From Saccostrea cucullata (taxonomy: Eukaryota), in NCBI RefSeq assembly GCF_032062105.1, contig NW_026929962.1, forward strand, positions 744,001 to 808,000: a stretch of DNA of 64,000 nucleotides, read 5' to 3'. How positions within the stretch are numbered: the stretch's first letter is position 1; each line of letters opens with the position of its first letter. A program made the translations under genes and the position numbers. Under the pieces are notes generated by a model. The model made no database searches. It saw nothing but the letters and a program-made list of their open reading frames with translations, and was not told the DNA's origin. Positions 52,301 to 61,269 of the stretch are shown in pieces.

Positions 52301-55300
52301 CGCCAATGCACTTTCTGTTTTTCGTATTATTGTTATATTATGTCAAACTTTAAATTATCTCAAAATTCAGTTGGGTTGGGTTGGGTGGGGAGCCATTCAG
52401 TTTCAGTTGGGGGCACTATTAATTATCAAAAATTCCTTTGGTAAGCAAAAAAGAAAAAAAAAACAGTCATCAGATTTTTTGTAAGGGACACAAACATATA
52501 GTAGCTTTGTTTTATACTGCCAGTAGTTATCTATGTATCGGCAAAATTATTGGGGGTGGAGTGGGTGGCCATGATCTTATTAATTTAGAAGAAACCAACT
52601 TTATCCAGAATTACCTTCAAGAGTGTCAATGCCCCCATCTACTCCAGATAATGCAGTTTCTCCAATAATGGACTGTATTTTGTCCTCCATTGGGGTCACG
52701 CTGCAATCCGCTGGCAGTTGACCGCCACCAGTCCTCACTTGCTCGCGCTTTAATTTTGAAATTTTTTTCTTTGTCTCACTACATAGAACACTCCATTTCT
52801 TGTTTAGTTCATCTGCTGTACGTAAATGAGAAGTATTTACAGCATTAACTTTCTCACAGATTAAGTCCCATTCTCCCTTTTTCGCCTGATTTGTCACAGA
52901 TGAATTCTGTCTGGAGAATATCACGTTCTTCCTTTTCTCCACTTCTTCAGTCAATATAGAAATTTCTGCAGTTGAAAAATTTGGGTTCCTCTTTGGTCGA
53001 GCCATTATGATTTTGTGGGCGGGAAAGCATGTATACTTTTAAGCACGGACTCTTTACATGGACTAGACAATGCAATGCACTCATTCATGACGAAATGAAA
53101 GACACTTTAACTGCTGACTGGAGTGTTCGATTTAGGTTGCCGAAACCAAAAACCAAAAATATTTGTTTCCCAGTACTTTGTAATTAGATAAAATGTTTTT
53201 GTTAGTCATTAAATGTTTTTAACACTTTTCCCCATCGTTTCTTCTACCCACCAAGACATGTACATGTATAATAATTGTGTAAGAATTGGAAGTACAAATC
53301 AATTTACGTGCATGAAATGTACGATTGATCGTTGATACTATGTGACTTTTCTGTGCACGTACATGTGTGTGTTTAACATACATGTTGTAACAATACACCT
53401 ATTTAAGAAAAACAAATATCATATTACGAGACTGCCTATTAATTTCTGCATACAACATACAAATTAATTTTTACCTCACAATTTTTTGGTGAGGGGATTA
53501 AGGGGGAGAGGTGAAACCAAGTAGCTCGTAAAGGTTATATATGAATAGTTTAAGATATGACTTAGGAAAAAAATAAGATAAGAAAGTTTTGTGAAACAGC
53601 TATGACAAAACTTACGAACATCCTAAGTTATAACTTAGGCATATCCTAAGTCATCTTCGCTAGCCAAGGGTTTCCGATCCGATACCTACTCTACAACCCT
53701 TGGCAGATTTAGTCCTATCAATCGGGAACTTTGATTGCGCCGCCTATCGCCGTAATTGAGTTAAGTCCCTTGAAGCTCTTTAATATTTGTCCAATGAAAA
53801 TAGCTGTAACATACGTAGATCAATATGACGTTTGAAACAATATGGCGACCTCCATGTGGAATATATCCAAACAACTTCATACAGCTGTGGGCAGTGGGCA
53901 CACCTCAAAAGTGGTAGAAAATATCCTTCTTCGTGGATTTTTAGTCAAGAGTTTGACACTACTTTCTACTTGTTGCCGTATCAATTATTATCAATGAGCC
54001 GTGACATTTGATTGGCTTAAATTGATGCACCTAAAATGCGGAACACGGACTAATGTGGTCCTTTCAATAATTCTTGAAAACATATATAATTAAAAGAAAA
54101 AAATTCAAATTAATTAATCCCTCGTTTTTTTAAGCATAGATCACGTCATAACTTTCATCCCTTGTAAATATCACTTTTATTTTGCATAAAACACGAACAG
54201 ACTTTAATTCAGCCGAAAATCGTCGATTAGTAAAAACCTTGCGTAGACTCGGACTTCGCAGCCAATCAAATTCGTTTGCACGAGTTCTAAAATTTTCGGC
54301 CAAATCTGCCAAGGGTTGTAGAGTAGGTATCGGATCGGAAACCCTTGGCTAGCGAAGATGATCCTAAGTTGTATCTTAGGAAATATCTTAGGAAATCTTT
54401 GTGAAACGGGCCCCAGGTTTATCCATACTGGATAAACCCCATTATGTACGTATTATATTATCTACCCTTTGTAATCATCTTATCAGACAAATAAACTCGC
54501 TTGTTTTAAATTTACCAAAATTTGAAAAAAAAAAAAGAAATGAAGACGAAAGTTAATTGGTCATTAGAGATAGCTTAAAAAGGTTAGGAGGTAGATGCTA
54601 TATACAGTTTGTTAAAAGAGTATGTCGAGAATAAGGGAATGAAAGGTAATTCATTGTCCAATGCTGTAATTAAATGAAACATGGAGATAACGAACATTAT
54701 TCAAGATCACAAGTCCATAAAACAATACAAAATAGGAGCTGAGCAAACACAGACCTCCAAAACATCAGAGTGTGATCAGGTGCCATGGAGTAGAAAGTAT
54801 CCCTTGCCCATATCATAGATTACCATTAACGTTATTTTCAAGTGAAATATCCAAATATGAATCAGTTGTGTCAGACTCTATGATATCTTCTATTTCAAGC
54901 TCACCGGGATATATCGTATCGACACAAGAATGGAAATTACCTTTGTTAATTGATAATACGCCGTCGATATACATGTATCTAAATGTTGATTTGAAGGCCA
55001 CAGCAAGTGTTTCCTTTTTTTCACGTTTAAGGTTTTGGACATATTTTGCTTCATATGAATACAAAAATAGGCCTGCTAATAACGGAGCGCAATTGGTACC
55101 CATGGGATTTTTAATAGATTGTTTGAATACCTGGTCTCCAAATACCACATAGATATTGTCAATCAGAAACTCAAGCATCTTTTTATGTCAACTTCAGATT
55201 ACAATCTGAATGTTTGTTATCAAAATAATTTTGCAAATGAGCTTTGACAAGGTAAGTAACTTTACGAGTTTCCTTTTTATTGAAAAAGCAGCTGTCAAGG

Positions 55301-56397
55301 ATATAAAAAATCCTGGACTTTGATTCATTGTGGGGAATGGTTGTGTATAAAGTTGAAAAGTCGAAGTTTTTAAGCTGTTGATTTTTGGTAAAATCTTGTG
55401 ATTTCAAATTGTCCAAGAGTTCCTTGGATTTTTTACGTATCCACATCTGATATTCACCACTTTTCGATTTTATTGTTGCACAATACTCTTGAACTTTCCC
55501 CTTCACTAATGTTAATATCTTAGTAGGGAGTAAAGAAAAAGACTTGATTGAGCATTTACTGGAACCCGCCATGTATCTTTGTTTGTAAGGATTTTTATGA
55601 AGTTTTGGAATACAATATAGATATGGAGACAAAAATCATTTTGGATCTTTGGGATTTTAAAAATTAAACCCAAGTTCTTCTAAACTACAATTTATATAAT
55701 GAGCCTTTCAAACAAAGACAATGCTGTTACCTGCTTTGTCGGCAGGGACCAGTACGTACTGATCATGTAATCCATCTAATTCTCTAAAGTGAAGAAATAT
55801 AACCCCAACCGTGCAAAGAAAGTACGGGATCTGGCTCCGGGGCCATAAAACTGAGATAAGCTCATCTTTGATCTTAGTCTCACTTTTTCAAAAGAGATTC
55901 TAAGATCAAAAGTGAGCACGTCTCAATTTTATGGCCCATAGCATGTAGCGTTATGATCAATACCCTAGCAGTACAGTTCTACAGCTAAAGAAAAAATAAT
56001 AACACTGACTAAAACTTTTATTACACTAATTTTATAGAACACGATTTTACTAATTAAATTGATAAAGTAGTTCGGAACAAGAAAAAAAACATAATGCTTT
56101 GTAAACATTTTTGTAAGCACTTTTGCTAACGCGAGTCATGTATTTTTCAAGCAACTGTTACAACACAAGTTTCGTTTCTAAAACTTAAATATAACATGTT
56201 ATTGTTCACGTTTTTAATTACCGGTCAAAATCAACAAAATTGAACTCACGTGAATAGTTACACATTATTTGAGTTATAAATTCATCTTCTTCCGCTGTCT
56301 CTATGTGAGCCAAATAACCACCATGTATTTCACACATTTTCTGCTATAAAGTACATCAAATTCACACACGCCTACAGATCATTATATATATATATAT

Positions 56398-56437
<40 letters not shown>

Positions 56438-56705
56438 TAAATACATTTTAAAACACAGTCTTACATAAACAGCCCTATTTAAATAAAATAAAAGCCCTAT
56501 TACCACCCCATCCATCCATGACTCCGCTTCTGTTGACACATGATAACAGGAGTTCTTGAATGGTTGCCAGCCAGGTGGACATCCAATACCTAGAAATAGT
56601 TCATATTGAATTCAAATCTTATGAGAGAGAGAGAGAGAGAGACTTACCTGTACTAATTAGAGCTGTACATATTAATAGTGCTATTTTCATGTCGACTGCC
56701 AACAT
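43367..56705 (-). CDS. C-type lectin gene 3 (closest to gene 1), 5 exons, 158 aa, 12.4-kb intron 3
   Basis: Exons 56648-56705, 56504-56589, 56250-56340, 43658-43868, 43367-43397. Exons 2-4 (86/91/211) equal gene 1; in frame; ends YICEKKNIVIGSLVG*. The exon-4 acceptor is weak (attgaag). Confidence 0.78.
44089..44352. mobile_element. Degenerate hAT-like MITE
   Basis: CATTATCAGGCCAAA / TTTGGCCTGATACTG; 8-bp flanks attacatg and catacatg. Confidence 0.55.
46079..46350. repeat. Two diverged tandem copies of an about 138-bp unit
   Basis: ttatgccaaatgggtcaaggg...gcacaaatcgtgcacaaattaggtacaaat occurs twice. Confidence 0.8.
50111..51140 (+). pseudogene. Harbinger (HARBI1-like) DDE transposase with one frameshift near 50465
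   Basis: ALRFFATGSFQ HTH region in ORF 50111-50479; GAIDGTHI, SSHDS, LLGDSGY, VIERCFG in ORF 50469-51140. Confidence 0.9.
51246..53005 (-). CDS. Harbinger Myb/SANT-like DNA-binding protein, 3 exons, 248 aa, C-terminal coiled coil
   Basis: Exons 52615-53005, 51736-51861, 51246-51475; GT-AG, phases 1 and 1, fully open. RNPNFSTAE..W..I..VNA..R..KKW..RTGGG; tail IEKERLDIEKKRLDVE. Confidence 0.85.
51979..52308. mobile_element. MITE in Myb gene intron 1, apparent 5-bp TSD CACTT
   Basis: CATAGGCGTCGGAA...TTCCGACGCCAATG; CACTT at 51974-51978 and 52309-52313. Confidence 0.75.
53652..54360. mobile_element. MITE with about 59-bp perfect TIR and 9-bp TSD, inside the Harbinger right end
   Basis: CATCTTCGCTAGCCAAGGGTTTCCGATCCGATACCTACTCTACAACCCTTGGCAGATTT at both ends; ATCCTAAGT duplicated. 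Confidence 0.92.
54675..55760 (-). mobile_element. Penelope-like RT fragment, decayed
   Basis: PYLYCIPKLHKNPYKQRY, FDFSTLYTTIPH, PMGTNCAPLLA, RYMYIDG (catalytic DD lost), then the shared Penelope tail. Confidence 0.82.
55840..55937. mobile_element. 98-bp hairpin with GGGCC...GGCCC ends (Harbinger-like MITE)
   Basis: gggccataaaactgaga...tctcaattttatggccc, imperfect palindrome over its whole length; no clear TSD. Confidence 0.5.
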
Positions 56706-58515
56706 GTCCGTTACGTAAGATGTCCTAATTCTATGACTGCCAGATCAAAATAAGTCGACACTCGATTAAAGTAAGATATAGATTACATCATTTTATATCT
56801 GTCCTGGTTTATGCATAAAAATCATTTTTAAATTTAATACCGGTAATTATTCTTAATTAAAAAAAATCAACAAAATAATTTAATTAAAATAAACCTGTTA
56901 ACAGTTGCTTAAAGGTCATCAGAATATCTAATGCTACATGCAATTGATGATTGAAGCTAGAAAAATATTTTATTCTGTTCCTTAGCAAAACGTCAATGAC
57001 ATTGTGCATAATAAGAAACTGAATACAAACGTCAATGACATTGTGCATAATAAGTAACTGAATACACGTACTCTTTTGAGAATTTAGGGCGTGAAAAACG
57101 TGAATGAATATGCAAATTATTATGTTTTAGGCTCTATTGATAGTAACAAATGGATTAATCTACAGTTTCATATGACTAGCTTGAAAAGGCTTTCAGGTTA
57201 TGAAAGCAAAACTGACTTACCCTTTATAAAAATCTTTAAAAATCATTATACTACTCACTGTTTGTTATAAATTTAAATCTCGAATCTAATTCAGAGAGGT
57301 ATTTCATACATTTGGCCATATGCGAGCAAAGTTTGAATTTTGCAAAAAAAAAAAACCCATTCCCATAAGGACCCATGACGACCAATGCATTTTGGTTGTC
57401 CAGTGTCTTAGCTGTAGACCTTTAATTGTAACCAACTATTAATTTAGAATTTGAATTCAAAAATGCTGTAATTGCTCAGACATATTTTTCATCAACAAAA
57501 GTAGATTTTATTGAAATAAAAGTTTCAAACTGAGCTAAAAGGATCTGTTACGAATTTTCCCCCATGACCAAAATAACCCACAGATTGGATCACCCCAATT
57601 TATGCCCTGAATATTTAATCTATGTATCGTAAATTTATTTGTAGATATATGGAAATATTACCAATTATCGTATGTCATTAATGTATGCTTTATAATTCAT
57701 TGTATATGTTTATTTCATGGATATCCTTTCGTTGTAATGTACAAACCCGAATTTCCTCCATATACCAGCCCAATCGTAATAGCAAATGGCCGTCTGGCAT
57801 TGTTATACGATCAAGGTACCCAAATCCATCTTGGCATCGTTACCAAAACAATTCCCAAACATCAGATCATCCCTTTTCCCGCATTTGTAATGATAAAGCC
57901 TTTACTTGATGCAAAAGTTGTTTGTGTTATCATACAAACGTCGCGCGAATGCTGGCGGTACCGCTGGTTATTCGCACGTGAACTAATTCGGCCCTAGTGA
58001 TGAAAGGGTATATAAAGAAGGCTCTTTGGACTTTTTCTTCAGTCTGGGACGTTGGTCAGACTCATTAACATCTGACCAGCTCAGAGAATCCCAGCTCCCC
58101 AGAAGTGGGTAAAATCTGATGCCCCATATTGGGTAAATAAACCCAATCTGCCAAGCCCGGCAGATCCATACCCAATTGATTCACTGATGCCAATCCCCGG
58201 CAGATCCATACCCAATTGATTCATTGATGCCAATCCCGGCGGATCCATACCCCAATTGATTCATTGTTTATAAATTCATCCGGGTAACCCGGTCGAGCCG
58301 GATACCTTTTTATTGTCGGGTAACCCATAATTTATTATTGCCTAATTGCCAATTCTTATTGTTATTTGTTATTCATTGTTTGCACCATAATAAATTTTAT
58401 AAATTTGCAACCTGACTTTTCATTTAGAGTTAAAGGGTAAAATTCAGAAACAGGAGACCCACAATAATTTATTTTCATTGTAACAAACCCTGGAACAGGC
58501 GGAAACGTTACAATT

Positions 58516-58533
58516 TGGTGTCAGAAGTGGGAT
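58516..58533 (+). promoter_or_regulatory. Primer-binding site, tRNA-Leu type
   Basis: TGGTGTCAGAAGTGGGAT, 3 nt after the 5' LTR. Confidence 0.85.
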
Positions 58534-58645
58534 ATTTTAATTATATCTTGTTTTTGTTTACCCTAAGAAAAAGAAAACCATTTCTTAATATTTTTGTAAA
58601 TTTTTATTATTTCAAATTTTTCTTTTGGATACAAATTTTTGTACA

Positions 58646-60085
58646 ATGGAGGCTGATGAAAGCTTTGAAATTACTTTTAAACCGCACTCAATTTCACCCA
58701 ATGTTCATGTTAATTCTCATGACCGCCCGGATATCCCAAGTCACCATTCCATGCCGGCATCAAATTCAATGCTACATGTACCTGCAAGAGATAATCAACT
58801 TGATGTTATTCTCTCAATGTTGCATGATATGAAATCCAAATTTGAACAAGATAGTCAAGAAATGCGAATGAAATTTCAGCATGTTGAAAAACAAAATGAA
58901 ATCCTGCAAAGGGATAATGCTGAACTTCGAAAATTATATAGTGACAGGGGAGACAATCATCACAGTCCCAGTGCCCCGTCACATACAACCCAATCCAAAA
59001 CCAACAATGTAAATGAGTCCAATTGTCCCTACAGTGTCTCATTTGGGTCCAAAGATTGCCCCCGGTCCATTTCCATGAATGACCATCCAATAAATGAGTT
59101 TTCAACTCCTCAAGAAAACAGAACACATTACCCAGTGTCTGTTAAATCCAACGCACCCGTAAAGTTACAAGATTTTGATGGGTCGGAGGATTTTAATGAT
59201 TTCCTGGTCCATTTTGAAATTCTGGTAACCTTGCATGGCTGGGACTATAGAACAAAATCCCTCTACTTAGCCAGCAGCCTTGCAGGTAGTGCCAGAGCTT
59301 TGCTCACTGAGTTAAATGAAACCCAAAGAACAGATTACAAGTGTTTAGTGGATATTTTAAACAGACGATTCGGGTCTGTAGAAAGAGCGGAACTTTTTAG
59401 AGCCCAACTTAAAACTCGGGTTAAGGGAAGCAATGAAACCATATCTGAACTGGCCCAATCCATTAAGAAATTAACCCGACAGGCCTACACAACCACTGAT
59501 CAAAGTGTGCTATGTATCTTAGCCCTAGAACAATTCATAGATGCCCTACCTGACCCTGAAATCCGTCTCCGATTAAGAGAGGCAAGGCCCAAAGACATAA
59601 ATGAAGCTGAAATTTTGGCCATTCGGTTGGAAACTTATAGATTGGCAGATGCCCAAAGAAATAAAACTGTCCATGCCATTAACCAAACAGAACCCATTCA
59701 AAGCTTGCATGATGACCTTAAATCTCTTACCCAAGAAATCAGAGCTCTAGTAAGAAATTGTCAAATGCCTACCCAAAATATGGCAGGAACCCCATATCCA
59801 CATTATTTATATGAGAACTCATACCAAACCCACTATCAGAATTTTTCCAATATGGGCTCATATGAAAACTTGGTCAGATCCGACTACCAAAACAATAGAC
59901 CAACAAATTATGGACCAAGACCCCAGGTTTCACCCTACCAAGGAAATTCTAACAATTGGAAAAATTTCCCCAAGAACACAAGTCAAAATCAATTCCGACC
60001 TCAAAATCAGGGAAACTACCCTGCGTCGAATTCGGGGGTCGGAACTCGACAGGTTCAAGGGGCAGGCCCCAACACTTGCCATTAA
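58646..60085 (+). CDS. gag: Gypsy-type Gag (479 aa)
   Basis: Coiled-coil N-terminus; capsid-like FDGSEDFNDFLVHFE...W...LASSLAGSA...RF...FRAQL..R...ETISELAQSIKKL...FIDALPD; Q/N-rich tail. Confidence 0.88.
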   Translation: MEADESFEITFKPHSISPNVHVNSHDRPDIPSHHSMPASNSMLHVPARDNQLDVILSMLHDMKSKFEQDSQEMRMKFQHVEKQNEILQRDNAELRKLYSDRGDNHHSPSAPSHTTQSKTNNVNESNCPYSVSFGSKDCPRSISMNDHPINEFSTPQENRTHYPVSVKSNAPVKLQDFDGSEDFNDFLVHFEILVTLHGWDYRTKSLYLASSLAGSARALLTELNETQRTDYKCLVDILNRRFGSVERAELFRAQLKTRVKGSNETISELAQSIKKLTRQAYTTTDQSVLCILALEQFIDALPDPEIRLRLREARPKDINEAEILAIRLETYRLADAQRNKTVHAINQTEPIQSLHDDLKSLTQEIRALVRNCQMPTQNMAGTPYPHYLYENSYQTHYQNFSNMGSYENLVRSDYQNNRPTNYGPRPQVSPYQGNSNNWKNFPKNTSQNQFRPQNQGNYPASNSGVGTRQVQGAGPNTCH

Positions 60086-61269
60086 ATATGGCTCAACCTC
60101 TCTCACTAAAACCCAAACCCAATATTGAAAATAAAACAGAATTTGAATCCGAGAAAGAAATCCCTTGTTATACTGAACCTACCCCCACAGAAATTTTAGT
60201 GAGAGATAGAAATGGGGAAAATGATGGAATTTATGTTATTGGGAAAATTGGAAATAAAGAAACAAATGTACTAGTTGATACTGGTGCTAGTGTGACCATT
60301 ATCAGTACCCAATTCTTTGAAAATATAGATACTATGGAAAAGCCCCAAATTACTCCAGTATCTATCAAACTTACATCTGCAAGTGGTGATGTAATCCCAG
60401 TTAAGGGAGAATGCCCAATCAAAATATCCCTTGAAAATTTTCAAGTTACCCATAAAGTACTTGTGGCCAATATACAAAACCCATGCGTATTGGGATTAGA
60501 TTTTATGACTCAGAATTCATGTGACCTTTTGGTAAAACAGATGAAACTAAAGATACAGGGTCTAGACATTCCCTGCTTTAGTAAATCTTGTGTAAAAGTT
60601 GTGTCTTGTGGCAAGATAAGTCTTGCCGAGGATATTGGAAATCCTCCCCATTGTGATTATGTTGCTCCTGCAAAGGGAGATAACCCTTTATTTAAGGATG
60701 AGGTTGGAATAATAGAACCTATCCCAAGTTTTGTTGAGAAAAATGAATTGTTGATTACCCAAACCCCTTTAACTGTAGACGAAGAAGTCACAGTTTGTCA
60801 CATGAATATGAAAGACAAATGTAGCAAACTATATGAGAATACCCAAAGTGCCACAGTCAAATGTATTGACAAAATAGTAAATGTATTGGAAGACCCATCC
60901 AATACCAATACCATTAATGCTTTTAGCCAAGAGCTCAACCCCCAATATCCAGACCACTTGCAATGTATTAATGTTCAGAAAATCCCCAAAGAAATTATGA
61001 ATGAACCAAAGCAAGAGTTCCATTTGAATGAAAATTGCCATGAAGCTTTCGACAAACTCCAAAGAGCCCTGACAAATTCCCCAAGCTTATCCTACCCCAA
61101 CAATGAAAAATTACAAAATGGTGTTGGAAAATCATATGTACCATACCCATCACTTAACCCAGACATGATGATCCCTAGTTCATACCTTGCCGTGAGGAAG
61201 CCTTCCAAACCGTATGATGTACTTTCGGACATTGATCCTGGACCTTTCCAAATGACGCTGGATTCGTAA
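59956..61269 (+). CDS. pro: Aspartic protease ORF in -1 frame to gag, with a pol remnant tail
   Basis: LVDTGASVT...VLGLDF; later FHLNENCHEAFDKLQRALTNSPSLSYP (RT-RNase H connection remnant); no YxDD or integrase motifs. Confidence 0.85.
   Translation: MEKFPQEHKSKSIPTSKSGKLPCVEFGGRNSTGSRGRPQHLPLNMAQPLSLKPKPNIENKTEFESEKEIPCYTEPTPTEILVRDRNGENDGIYVIGKIGNKETNVLVDTGASVTIISTQFFENIDTMEKPQITPVSIKLTSASGDVIPVKGECPIKISLENFQVTHKVLVANIQNPCVLGLDFMTQNSCDLLVKQMKLKIQGLDIPCFSKSCVKVVSCGKISLAEDIGNPPHCDYVAPAKGDNPLFKDEVGIIEPIPSFVEKNELLITQTPLTVDEEVTVCHMNMKDKCSKLYENTQSATVKCIDKIVNVLEDPSNTNTINAFSQELNPQYPDHLQCINVQKIPKEIMNEPKQEFHLNENCHEAFDKLQRALTNSPSLSYPNNEKLQNGVGKSYVPYPSLNPDMMIPSSYLAVRKPSKPYDVLSDIDPGPFQMTLDS
60010..60070 (+). 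promoter_or_regulatory. -1 programmed ribosomal frameshift signal
   Basis: G GGA AAC in gag frame at 60010-60016; 8-nt spacer; stem 60025-60033 / 60042-60050; loop can pair with GGCCCC at 60065-60070. Confidence 0.75.

Larger units (their letters stand above)
49944..54413 (+). mobile_element. PIF/Harbinger DNA transposon, full length, 3-bp TSD CAG
   Basis: TIR GGGCCCGTTTCACAAAG / CTTTGTGAAACGGGCCC; CAG on both sides; empty site at 45758-45760; two convergent genes. Confidence 0.95.
45043..54445 (-). mobile_element. Non-coding element with split direct repeats (Ngaro/PAT-type DIRS-like; alternative: head-to-tail Helentron pair)
   Basis: 45043-45343 = 45786-46086, and 45579-45789 = 49762-49943 + 54417-54445 (about 1 mismatch each). 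Minus-strand order A1-body-B1-A2-B2. TTAT at all three junctions; no long ORF. Repeats are certain; the class is inferred. Confidence 0.6.

Noticed and set aside
58070-58270. Hammerhead ribozyme or retrozyme in the Gypsy LTR
   Set aside because: The motifs read CTGATGC, not CTGANGA, and no correctly placed GAAA core is seen.
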